Below, piece after piece: positions 49,728 through 61,919 of a DNA stretch of 64,000 nt. The stretch is from Amoebophrya sp. A120. Taxonomy: Eukaryota > Protista > Dinoflagellata. The position numbers and the translations under genes were made by a program. Below the pieces are notes generated by a model. The model had not been told where the DNA came from, did no database searches, and worked only from the letters and a program-made list of their open reading frames with translations. Position 1 is the stretch's first letter; each line of letters opens with the position of its first letter. The stretch covers positions 2,189,065 to 2,253,064 of the forward strand of contig CAJINV010000003.1 of NCBI GenBank assembly GCA_905178155.1, written 5' to 3'.

Positions 49728-52700
49728 CTATTTTCGTAGTGCGGACTTGAGCCGTTTCACGGCTTTCTCCAACTCATACGCGGACTTCGAAGGTGTCTGG
49801 TCCGCGGCAAACGAAGCCGCGTAACTGTTATCGATGGCCGTCAACGTTCCGTGCAACGCCTTGTCCACTTCTTCTGCGTCCAAGTGCTTGTACAGGGCCT
49901 GCAGATCTTCCAGACCGGAAATGTTCTGCGACTTGCTCGCGGCCGCCACCAGGTCCGCAATCTGGATTCCTTTCTGCGACTGAACTTCCCTGTGACCCAG
50001 CTCCTTCGCGCGCGTTTTCGCGACCCGATTGTTCGCGGAGGACGTGGATGCAAGCACCCTATCGTTCTCGACGCGTGGGGAAATCGAGCGCGCAACGCGG
50101 TACTTCGAAGACGTTCTGGAGACAAAGGACTGATCTACGGCTCCGGCGGTGCCTATGCCTTGATCAGCCGATGTTAGTTCCTGGTCGTAGTGGTCCCGCT
50201 CGGCTACGTCAGCACGTCGTCTTCGCAGCGGCGTTGGCGACTTTGCCAGCATTTCAGACAGTGTGAGAGGCGCGGGTGCAGCGGGCTTGTTGCTGGCGGC
50301 TGATTTCGTTTTCGACCCGTCTGGAATGAAACCAGACGACGCCGGCGCGCGGGACGACGAGTGCGACGGTTGTTCCAGCGTCGCATAACTGCGGTCCAGA
50401 ATACTAGTAATGCTGGACTCCTCCGCCGGATGCAAGTTGCTGTAGCGTTCCTTCGGGTGAATCCGCTCGGGGGACAGCGACTTGAAGATGGAGTCGGTGC
50501 GGAGTCTCGCCTTCGTCTGCCGCAGCATTTTCTCCACGGAGGCCTTTTCGTGCCGCGCGGTTCGCAGTTCCGTTTTCAAGCCCGTGAGTTCCTCCTCGCG
50601 CTGCCGTCGATGCTCGTGTGCTTCGGACAGTTGCAGCTCCAGGGTTTCCACTTGTTCCGCATGGCCGCGCTCTTTGCCCTTCCACTGCGCGCGTTCCGCT
50701 TCCAGCAAGTCGGCCACCTCCTGCACTTGGGATCGCCACCGCTGTTCGTCCTCCTCCTGCTTCTTCGCGACCTCCTGGCTTTTCTGCTCGTTTTGCTCGC
50801 TGACCGCGTCCAGCGCGCAGGCCGACTTCTTCAGGCGCTTGCGGTACTCCCACAACAGCTGCTCTTTTTTACTCACTTCGCTTTTCGCCTCCTGCAGCGA
50901 CGTGCGCACGCAGGACAGTTCGGTTTTCAGCGCCGCCACTTCTGCGTCCTTGCTAGTTTCGATCAGCGTCTTCGCCTTTTTCTCCAGCCCCAGGTCTAAT
51001 TCTGCCTTGTCCGCCCGCGCCTGCAAGTGGTCGCGCTGTTCCCGCAAGACGAGCAGCTCGGCCTCCGACCGGTTCAGCGTGTCCAATTTCGTCTCCGTGC
51101 ACCGCTTTTCGGCACTCAGCTTCTCGTGTGCCAGGTCGGAATTGTAGGACTTGAGCGTGTCGATCTCGGACTTCAACGCCAGGTTTTCCCGGTCCAGCAG
51201 GTCGATCTCACGCCGCTTTTGTGAAAAGTGCGTTTGCAGTAGTTCCAGCTCCTCCAAGCGGGTCGCCAGCTTCAGCTCCAGAGTCTGCTCGTTTTCCTGC
51301 AGGGTGACCACCTGCTCCAAAGCGTCCGCCAGCCCGGTTTGCAGCTCGTCAAACTTTCCCTTGTCGAGCTTTTCCCGCTTTTCTAGAGCGGAGCGCGCGA
51401 TCCCGAGCTCCTCGGCCGCGTCGTCTAACTCCTTTTCCTTCATATCAGCGGAGCTCTGCAACTTCTGGATCTCCGTCCTCAGATTTGCGTTGCGCTTTTC
51501 CAGTAGGTCAATTGCCGTCTGCTTTTCCGCCAGCAGGGTGCTAGATGCGGTTTCGTGCAAGGCTTTTTGCTTTGCCAGAGCCTGTTCGCGGCGCTCTAGT
51601 TCCGTTTCCAGCTCGGCGACGCGGTCCTCTAGAATCAGGAGCTTTTCCGAAACTTCGGCGCGATCAGCAACTCGCTTCTCCTCCATTTGGGCTAGATCTG
51701 CCTTTGATCGCGAAAATTCCTGTTCTCGTGCCTCGATTTCTTCCTCCAGATCGGAAATCAGAGTTGTTTTTTCCTCAATCGCGCGGTCGAAAGCGGCTTC
51801 CCGCTGCAACAGCTCCTCCTTCTGCTCACTGAAAACCTAATTGATATAAAGGGTTCAAGATTTTTCTCGGGCTTTCTGCGGACGAAGAAACCTTGTTTTC
51901 AAAAGTCCAGCGTCAAAATCCTCAATTCGAAGATACAAAAGCAACCAGAATCTTCGAAAGTACCTTCGTGCTGTTTTGCAGCAACTCCGCGTTTTCTTTC
52001 TCGAGCTGCGCGACCAGCTTATCGCATTCCTCTTGTCGCACCTCGAGCTCCTGTCGCACATCTGCCAAATTTTGTTCTCTGACAGCGAGCTCATCGCGAA
52101 GCCGGCCGTGTTCCTGGTCTTGCTCTTCCAGCTGCAGCTGCAACTGCTGCTGCTTCTCGTTTTGCACCTGCAACAGTTCTGTTCGTAATTGCAAGAGCGA
52201 TACCTCGTCTTTCTGCGTCGTCTCCTGCAGCGCAAGTTTCTCCTGTGACAAAACCTGCAGAGAGTCCTTTGCAGTTTTCAGTTCTGCCTCCGCGACCGCG
52301 GTGCGGCGCTGGGCCTCATCGACCCGCGACTCGGCATCCACGCGGTCCTGCTTCTTCTGTCGCAGTTCCAGGGAGTATTTCTCGCGGAGCTCGTTGAGCA
52401 TCGTTGTGGTGTCCCCAAGTTTTTTCTGTGCGTCCAGGGCATCCTTCGTGGCAGTTGCGCTTTCCGCGGCACGTTGCTGTTCCAGCTTGTCCAGTGCGAG
52501 CCTGTGTGCTTCCGCGAGCGCAGCTCTTGCGGCCTCGTCGCCCTCCTTCGCGCTCACGAGTTCCTGGCTTTGCTCGTCCAGCTTGTCCATTAGACGTTTG
52601 TTGTCCTCAAGTGCGTTTGCCAATTCGTCCAGAACGCGGCCTCGCTCCGCGGAGAGAATTTCGCCCTGCTCGCGTTCCTGCGCCAGACTCTGCTGCACCT

Positions 52701-55700
52701 GCGCGTATTCGTTTTCCTGTTTGGCCTTCACTTCTTCCAGCTGGGTCCGCAGCAGCGAGACGGCTTTGTCGTGCTCCAGTTGCAGGGCATCGCGCTCGTG
52801 CTCAACTTCTCGTCGCAAAATGTCCTCCGTGTCGGCCTGCAGCTCCGCGCGCAACGCGAGCCGCACGCACGCGGTTTCCTCTTCCAGGCACCGCTTCCAC
52901 TCGGATTCAACCTTCTCTTTTTCCTCCAGTGCCTGCTGCTCGAAACAGAGCTTTTCGTTCGCGTGCTTGGCGATCAGCTCGGCCTTTTCCTGCTCCGAAC
53001 GCGCTTGCGCAGCAGCGATGTCTTCATTCAGTTTCGCAACCTTTTCATCGAGGTCTCTTTTGAGTTCCGCAACTGCTTCTGCGTGGCTTTCCTCTTTTTC
53101 GCGGAGCACTGTGGCATGGTCCAGTTTCAATGCCGATATTTCCTCTGCATCTCCTGCCCGGGTGGCGGTCAACGCGCTGCGCAGCTCTTCCACGGTGACG
53201 CGATGCGTTTCTTCCATTCGGTTTACTTCCCCAACGTGCTCCTTTCTCACTCTTTCCAGGTCCGCGGCGTGCTGTGCTTCCAGCGTCGTTTTGTCCAGGC
53301 CCGCAAGATCGGTCATTTCGTTGCGCAGGGTTGCCAGCTCATTTTCCCAGTACGCGTCGCGCTCCTTGCCTTCGCGCGCGCACTCCATCTTCAGGTCCGT
53401 CACGATGCGGTTCCGCTCTTCGGTCAGTTCCTTCTCGCGTTCATACAAACTCGCAACATTTTCTTCCGCCGCCTTCTTCGCTTCGGCTTCCAGCGCGGCG
53501 ATGCGCTTTGCGAGGTCTGCCTTGTCCTCCTCGGACGCGGACAGGGCTCTGGCAAGCTGCTTCTCCAGGTCCTCACAGCGCCACGAGTAGGAGACTTGCA
53601 GTTCGCGCAACAGCGCTGGCACGTCACTCGTCGCGTCTACTGCGTCCAGTTTTACTTCTTCGCTATTGTTGAAGCTGCTGCTGCGCCCTGGCATAATTTC
53701 CCGGCGGAAGGCTTTCACTGCGTCGCGGACGACGGTCGCGAGTTCTGCTGTTTCTGCCCGTTGCTTCTCTTCGAGTTTTGAAACGTTTGCGTCGTGCTCT
53801 TCCAAGGCGACGGACATGTCGTGCGCGCGGCCCTCGCGCTCCACTGCAAGCTCCTCGCGGACGTGTTGCACTTCCTCCCGAAGCTGCGAAAGTTCAACCT
53901 CCTGCTGCTGCTCCCGTGCGAGCAAGGCTTCTTGTTCCAGGGTGCTCTTTTCTTCTTGAACGGACGACAAAGCCTGAATTTTGTCGAGCTGCACGGTCTG
54001 CAACTCTTGCAGGGTGGCCACCATGGCCTCGGAGTCCTGCAGCATTTGGTCCACGTTGGCAAGCCGCTGTAACTCGGCGGCCACGTCGTCGAGGGAGCTG
54101 CACTCCAGTCCGTGTGCCTGGCAGTAGTCGAGGAGAGTCTTCTGCTTTTGCGTGTGCGATTGCAGATCGTTTTCCATCTCCTCGTGCACGAGCGCCTGTT
54201 CCGCGAGTTCGTCTTGCAGCGCACGCAATTTCGCGTCCTGTTCTGTTTGGAACGTAGTCAGCTGCTCCTCGCGCTCCGCCAGTTTCTGCTGCAGCTTCAG
54301 CAGTTCACCTTGCCGCTCCTCGTTGAAGCCTCGCACGGTGTCGAGCTCGTCTTGCAGTTGTCTCGACTGGGTTTCGGCCGTGCTGGACTGGTTCGCGAGC
54401 TGTCCACGGACCTGATCCAACTCGCGTTGCAGTGCGTCTTTCTCCCGAGTTACCGCGTCCTTTTCTTCGCGCACCACCTGCAACTGCGTCTCGGTCAGAG
54501 ACTTTTCACCCAGTGCCGTCTGCAAACGACTCTCGGTCGCGGATTGCTCTTCCTGCAGCGGCATCAGAAAGCGCTCGCGAAGGTCGGCCTCGCGCTTCTC
54601 ATAGTCGGTGCGCAGCTGTGCCAGCGCCGTCGCCTTTTCGCTTTCCAAGACGCCCCGCGATTCCGCGAGTTCGACGGCGTGCGCCTCTCCGGCTTTGCGG
54701 AGCCGCGCTTCACACTCATCTGCCTTAACGGCGAGCTGCTCCAGTCTCTGCTTTTCGAACTGCTTCTCCAGTACCGCCTGGCTGGCGGCCAACTCCCGCT
54801 CGAGGTCCCCGGCGAGATCTTGCCGCAGTTGCTCCTGCCGCTTTTCCCACTCCTTGTCGCGCTTCTCCAGGGCCCACTGCAGAGCTTCGTCGCTGGTCTT
54901 CTTCAGTTCCGTGCGAATCTCCACCTCAAAACGGTCGCGGTCGCGGTCCGCCTCGTGTTGCAGTCGTGTTCGCTCCGCCTTCACCCGCTCAGGAAGTTCC
55001 ACGTCCGAGAACCGCTTCTGCGCCACCTCCACGGCCTCCCGGGCGCGACGCTCCGCAGCGTCCACTTCGGTCTGCCAGTGTCGAGCCTGCTCCACCCGTT
55101 CTGCCTGCAGGGCCGCAGAGAGCTGCTCTCGATGCTGTCGTGTTTGCGTAGAAAAAATCACGAAGGAATTGTTCGCTCTCGAAATTATACGACACAGTCA
55201 AACAACACCAAAACCGGCGTGCGCAAAGGGGATACCAAAATTTTGACTTGAAATTATACCAACAATACTTTACTAGATACAACACCCCAGTACCTCCGCC
55301 TCCCGCGTCGCCAGTGTTCGATCGTACTGCAGCTGCAGATCTTCGCGGAGTTGCTTTTCGTTCTGGAGTAACAACTCACTGTGACTGTTTTGCAACTCTT
55401 TTTCCCGCGCCAAGAGTTTTTCCTGCGCCTCGTGCACGTGCTTGCTGTACTCGGCCTGCAAGTTTTCCTGGTGCTGTAAGAGGCTTTCGCGCTCGCGCTG
55501 GAAGCGCTTTTCGTACTCCGCGTGTCTGGTTTCGTAGCTCTGCTCCAACTCGGCCAGCTGCCGTTGGATGTTTTTTTCGTACACCTCCATGGCCTGGTGC
55601 TTCTCCAACACTTTGCGTTCCGCAAGCGCGCAGCGCTGGTCCGCCTCTATCCTATGTAAAAACGTCCCCACCCCATAGTCAAGATGGGGAATCGGCTAGA

Positions 55701-58700
55701 CAAATCCACAAGCTTTGGCTGTCTTGCATGACAAATTTGGAGTCGTAGTGTAGTGCTGTTTGAGCTAGCTTGGCAGCATCACAAATCTAGTATATCATGC
55801 AGATTGGAGCAAGACAAATTCAAATTGCAAAACACAACTATAAAATAAGTAAAAATGCTTCTCATGGGGCTCCGCATGAGAAATATTTTCAGCATGCAGA
55901 TTTGCAATACAACTATGGGGTGGGGACGTTTTCAAATACGATAGCCTCCGACCGGTACTTGTCGGTGATGGCCACCTTTTCGCCCTCGTGCAGGCTGTGC
56001 GTATGAATGTGTCAGGATTGAAATATTGAAATAGTTTGTCATGCATATAACGCAACGCAGAAAATGCCTGTCTTGCAGAGTAGGCAAGGGAGGCAGATTG
56101 TCAGCCTGTTTCGAGGTAGAAACAGAGCTGCTAAAGTAGCATGACAAAAGGCGTCTTCCTTAATACCCAAACAGCATCACAAACTGCATTTCGGCTCTAC
56201 TCAAATTTGTCATGCGCCGCTTCGAAATTGGGCTTGCAACTGGTATCGATTTTATGCATTACAACTGAGGTATTTCAACTTTGTCGATTTCAACTCTGAC
56301 ACATCCATAGTGCGCGGCCTCCAGCTCGTTTTGGAGCTGCTCGCGCATCTCCCTCGCCTGCTCCAGCTCCCGCGTGGCGGACCGCGCCTGCATGTCCTTC
56401 TCGTGCAGCTCTTCCTGCAGCTCCGCGCGGCTTTTTCGCTCCTCCTTCCACTTCCGGACGTACTCCTCCCGCTCGGTCTGCAATTCTCTGATCTCGGCGC
56501 GGAGCGCCACCGCCTCGGCCTGCAAGGTTTGCTCCTGCGATTTCAAGCGCCCCGCGGACTCCGACAGGGAGACGCGCAGCGTTTCGTTTTCGGAACGGAG
56601 TTTCTGCAGGTTCGTGCTGTCCTCCAGCTGGTTATATCGGCGGTTACGGCCGCCCGCCTTGTCCACGTCCACTCGCAGGAACTGCGCAGGGGTATTGTCC
56701 ATGTCGGCGTAGCCGGAAAACTCCAGCGAAGTGTTTACCGCGCTGTCCACGGTCTTCGTGTTCCGCAGCACCGCCACGCCCTTCTTTTGCACGTCCTGCA
56801 ACTTCTGCTGCGCGACCCGCTCGCGACGCGTCAGTGTGTCAATCTTCGCATCGGCCTCCTTCTTGAACTCGCTTAGTTGCGTCACACGGTCGACTATGGC
56901 GGCAAGGTCCAGTTTGGCATCAAGCTCAGCGAATTTGAACCCCGTGCTGGTTGACGTATTCAAGCTGGCCTGCGATGATATTCTTTTTGAGTGCACCAAC
57001 GGAGATAAATCAATGCTCTAGAGCCAAAGACAAAATGGCACATCAGACGCGCGATAGGACATCAACGCACGCTTGAAAAGAACTTGTTTTGGGAATAAAA
57101 CAAACAGACCGATCAAGCAAGCCAACAAGATCGACCAAGTCATTCAGTACGTCGTGCGCTCCCGCGGCGGCGTCTGCAAGTGAGGAGATGCGGAGGAGAA
57201 TATCTTCTCGCTCCTGGAGTTGCGTTTCCAATATCCTGAGTAAAAACGTCTCCATACCAGAGTCAACGTGGAAAATCTGCTAGACAAATCGGCCAACTTT
57301 GGTTGTCTCGCATGACAAGTTTGTCCTCGTAGTGCAATCCTGTTTAGCTAGTTCAGCAGCATCACAGATCTAGCCTATCATGCTATTTCTAGCATCACAA
57401 ATCCCAAAACGCGATTAGAAAAAGCTTCTCATGGGGCTTCGCATGAGAAACTTTTTTGGCATGCAAATTCGCATGACAACTCTGGGGTGGGGATGTTTTT
57501 ACTCGGAATATCCAAATCCACGCACTTGCCTTCCGCGTCCTCGTAGCCGTGGCGTACTTCGCGCTCGCGCTCGGACAAGTCGCGGACTTGGGTTCTATGC
57601 ACTGCAAAAATGTCTGGGTCTGGAAACTTGTGATGCTGGTTGAGAAAGACGAGGACGCCTCAATTGACTGGCAAGCATGACAAGTTTTAGGGGTGCTACA
57701 GTCTTGGTGTTTCTGCATGACAAAGTGAGCTTCTGCATGACAGAAAAATGGAGCTTTTGGGTAATGTGCATGACAGACTTGAGAATCATCTCAGACAAGC
57801 ATGACAAACTTCCATTCTTCCAGACTCAGACACTTTTGCAGTTCATAGGTTCGCAGTTTGAGCAATTCGGAATCCGTCTCGGCCGCCTGCTGCTCGAACT
57901 CTTCGAGATACCGCGCAAACTCCGCTTCCACTTGCGCCAAGGCTTGCTGACAGCAGGGCTTCGGACCCGTCGTTGTACTATCCATCCCGCCGGGGGTCGA
58001 CGAGGACTTGCTGCCTGACCGGGCCCCCGCGGACGGCGCTTTAGAAGTGACGCCCGGACTGTTCGCAATGCTCCGCGGGCCCCCGGACGAGGAAACCTTG
58101 AGCAGAAGCTTGCTGAGCTCGTCCTCCTTGCGGTCCAACTCCATCTGCAGCCGCATCGCCAGACTGCGGTAGTCCGTGATTTGGTGAATCTTGGGTCGGT
58201 TCTGCACCCGCATGGCGCGGCTGCCGAATTCCAACGTCGACTGCGTCTCCTCCACGTCGCGGTCGAGCGGCGACACCGTGACAATCAGAGCGGTTTTCGC
58301 CGTGCCGCCCAGCGAGTCTTGCAGCAGTCGCGTCAGTTTGCTGTCGCGAAACGGAATGTGTGTGCAGGAAACATCGGTGAGCGCCGCGATGCAGTTGCCC
58401 AAGGCGGAGAGACTCAGGTTGATCCGCCGAGCCTCCCCGAGCCGGAGTCCCCAGGCGTTGGTCTTCTTGACGCGCTCGGAGCCGGCCAAGTCCACAATGT
58501 GGAACCGTGAGAGGACGCAGCTCCCCCCGGTCTGCAGCTCGCGCTTCAGAATCACGACGGCGTGCGACCGGGAACTGTTCTTGTTCACCATGGTCGCAGC
58601 CTCGGCCCGCCGGTGCTCGGCGTCGCGGATCAGGCGCATGCAGGCCTCCGCGCTGTGCACGCGCAGCTGCTCGCAGTTTTCCAGGATGATTCCGTCGCGG

Positions 58701-59407
58701 GGGTCCTCGCGGATGCGCACCTCCGAGGAGGAAAGCGGGAGGCCGAGACTGGCGCTGCCGCTCGCGCCGCCACTGCCCGCACCGTACGCCGTGCCAGCAG
58801 TGAAGCCGTCCGCGGACCCGGCCAGCAGGTCCTGCACGAGCTCCATGTAGAGCTCGACGACGGACAGGTAGGTAATGGACTCGTCCTTATTCGAGTTCGT
58901 GAAAAGCGTGTGCACGCACGCGGGTACGACGCCGTCCGGGTTGGAAAACAGCGTGTGAGTCTTCCCGGTGCCCGTTTGCCCGTAGGCCAGGATGGTGCCG
59001 TTGTACCCGGCCAGCACCGAGTCGCACACCGGCTGGGCGACGTGGTCGAACAGGTCCCTGTTGGTGATCTCCGGGGCGAGCACGCTGTCGAAAAAGTAGG
59101 TCTTCGTCTTGCACGTGATGCTGTCCTGCTTGTTAGTATTTGGGTCGGCTGCACCACCGGAAGATGAACTACCCGCTTCCGAGGCGGAGGACCGCGTGGA
59201 CGAGCGGTTGCTCCTCGCAAATTTATTCGCCGTAGAGGACGAGCTGCCGCCCGTTTGGAAGTGCAAGTGCGACCGGGGGCCAGGCTGGCCCAACACCGGG
59301 CGGATTCGGCAGTGCACGCGGACCCGGTCATACTCGGCATCGGGCCGGCGGCGGTTCGGGCTGCGGGTCGACTGGGGCGAATCCGGCGGAACGCCATTGT
59401 CTGCCAT
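49728..59407 (-). CDS. Kinesin with N-terminal motor and very long coiled-coil tail; multi-exon with 4 TIR introners
   Basis: GYNGTILAYGQTGTGKTHT, NSSRSH, VDLAGSER, HIPFRDSKLTRLLQDSLGG. Frame continues across elements (LKLRT|QVRDL...CVDL|ETQLQ) into coiled-coil ORFs 56259-56999, 55273-55671, 51922-55161 and 49728-51809. Confidence 0.88.
55648..55943. mobile_element. TIR introner, family B
   Basis: TIR tatcctatgtaaaaacgtccccaccccatagt / actatggggtggggacgttttcaaatacgata; TSD gcctc. Confidence 0.92.
56002..56309. mobile_element. TIR introner, family H
   Basis: Right TIR identical to the 40113-40419 copy; left tatgaatgtgtcaggattgaaat; TSD gtgcg. Confidence 0.92.
57232..57510. mobile_element. 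TIR introner, family B
   Basis: TIR tatcctgagtaaaaacgtctccataccagagt / actctggggtggggatgtttttactcggaata; TSD tccaa. Confidence 0.92.
57596..57847. mobile_element. TIR introner, family A
   Basis: TIR tatgcactgcaaaaatgtctgggtctggaa / ttccagactcagacacttttgcagttcata; TSD ggttc. Confidence 0.92.
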
Positions 59408-59965
59408 ACTACCATCAGAAGAAGAACAGAAAATGAAAAAAGACGGGTGGCTTTATCAACGTCGAAACGGCTCTATTCTTATCTAATTAGTCGTTCTTTT
59501 GCCTTTATTTTCACGATGTGTTGTTACGAAAGAAGAAACGACGCGGATTTGTTTGCACTTTGTCAAGAGCGAAAAAACCATGGTCACACTCTACTTGCTT
59601 TTTTTGCACGCAGCGAGCCTCTTTGAATAGCTTTTGGCACAGGTTCTACTCTTTTCTACGACAGAAGTAGCCGTTCTTCCAATTACAACAGATGTTGCCA
59701 GTTCGTGACTGTGATTCCAGCCACGCTGACGAAGTGAAAGCGCATGGCGCAGCCGAAATGCGAACATGAACGTTACTGGAAAAAAGGTTGAAGTGCTGGT
59801 GCCGAGCAGCGGCGGTGCAATAAATTTGTCGTCGCGTCCATCCAAAACTGAATGAAGAAGAAGAACTTTTACTGTACTCTTCAGTCTGGCGATAATAGTC
59901 GTTTTTATTTTCCGCAGGGAATATTAATCATCATATGTGAGCTGTACGCTTGTTCACCATCACTG

Positions 59966-61290
59966 CTACCCAATGGTAGTGATGTTGTGGTAGTTCTGGA
60001 AGGTGACTTGGGTGTGATTTGGGTATTCTTTCTTAATATACTCGAACATATCCTTCAGGTCCTTGTGGGTGCGCAGTGCTTCTTCGCCGAGTTCCGGGCT
60101 GACTCCGAGCTTTGCGCTGTCGCGCACCATCAGCATGGACTGCACTTTGTTGTCGAAACAGATGTAAAGGCACACGAGGTTCTGCGTTCGGGGTTTCGTC
60201 AAGCCCTCGCGTCCGTCCGGGTGGGTCCCGGCGGCCGCCGAGATTATGTGTTTGTGCGTTTCAAAGTCCATACAGAGTGTGGTTTTGTTCGACCGGAATT
60301 CCGGGTGCGTTTCGAAGAAAAACCGCTTGTGCGTTATCTGCTGCAGCTCCGTCCCGGATTCCGTGAACACGCACTGGTACCGCGTCTTCACCGCCCAATG
60401 GTTGCCCAAAATGTCCCGTCCGTCGATCATCTTCACCTTGATCCCCTCATCGAAGAACTGCATAAAATCCTCGATTTTCCTTTCGATCTCCGGGCCTGTC
60501 GATGATGTGAAAAAGTTGAAAAGACGAGAGAAGATGACCGCTCATAAGCTGATTCTGTTGTGCACGAGTGCGAGCCAAGAAGGAATGATACAAACAAAGA
60601 AGTACCATAATGCACAGCAAGAAAAACGCTCCAAGCATAAGTACCTTTCTTCTCCAGTGGCTGATTGGACGGGATTTTGCGGTTGTAAATTTCGGTGAGG
60701 AAGCTGCAGAGTTGTGCGGCAGAGAAATTCATTGCTGGCTCTTCGTCGCTGCCGTTGGCTTGTACCGTGCCCCCAGAGACGTTTGCGCCCTCGGGTTCCT
60801 CGTCTAAGTCGCTATCTTCGTTGCGTCCGGCGCGCTTCTGCGCATTTCGCCCGGGGGCGGAGATCGGGGACGCATCTCGTGCTCCGCCTCGGTTCCGGGA
60901 ACGTGATCGTTTCGGGGAACGCCCGCCGCCCCCTCTTCCAAGCCGTCTCCTCAAGCTTTCGTTCTCCTCTATAAGCTGCAGGGGTTTTGGTTTTTCTTTT
61001 ACATTTAAAAAAAGCATCGTGTATTGTTGCCGGCTCAGACAAGCAACCCCAGTTATTCAAATTCGATGTTGCCAGTTCATCGTTGTGTCAGGAACAATAG
61101 CACAAGAAAAAATAGTCGTGTGATTAAACGCTGCTTTGATGATTGAACAGATATCATTCAATACGTCTCGAAGCCGCTCGATGGTGTCGTCCCATTCGGA
61201 CTGGGGAACCAAAACGACATTCTTCGCCGAATAAATTCTTCTCGACGACAATGCCTCCGGCGCGCGAGGCAGGTCCGAATCAGCCCCCAT
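59966..61290 (-). CDS. Three-exon hypothetical protein (coiled coil, RS stretch, possibly NTF2/SnoaL-like C-terminal domain)
   Basis: ORFs 61057-61290, 60433-61017 and 59966-60463 can be joined by GT-AG introns; IEDFMQFFDEGIKVKMIDG...VKTRYQCVF is only loosely SnoaL-like. Confidence 0.55.
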
Positions 61291-61919
61291 CTTTTCTGCG
61301 ATGATGAGAAAGGAAGCGGAAGGAATTGATTCAGAATTGTCACAGATGTCGAGCTAAGCGAAGCATGAATAAAAATGTCAACAAGCACTAAGGAAGTCCT
61401 GGACGGTTGAAAAAAACATCATGTGATCCATATTGCACTGCGTTGCTTCAACGGTGTCGCACAATCGGGTGCCAAGGTCGGCCGCTACGTTTGCTCGTTC
61501 TTTTGCGAGGAAGATCCACTTCGTCGTTCGAAAAATTGCTTCAAAGCATGCTTAGAAACCATCAGGGATCGATCCTAATGATCTTAAGGTGTACGAGAGA
61601 GCGTGATCCACCCTCTACGGTGAGTGCTGTTTTTGTGTGCCTCACGTTTTGATCTGCGGAGCTTGCAGCAAGCGCAAGTTTACCTGGCTTTCATGTTTGT
61701 TGTTCAAACTCTGCATACGCAAAGGATCTTTAACTTTCACTTTTTTGTGCGTCGTTACAACCTGCACCTCTGACAGAACATGATATAGAGCCAGCCAGTA
61801 AAGAATCGCGTTGCGAATGGAGCCCGCGAATCAATGAGGTAGTCCTTTTAGTCCCGACGCCACTTCTCTCGTTCACTTAATGCTTCTTACTCGGTGAGCT
61901 ACCCACTGTGCGTAGTTTC

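Noticed and set aside
50361-55251. Long plus-strand ORFs opposite the kinesin tail (also opposite IFT139)
   Set aside because: Antisense shadows of GC-rich, codon-biased coding sequence.
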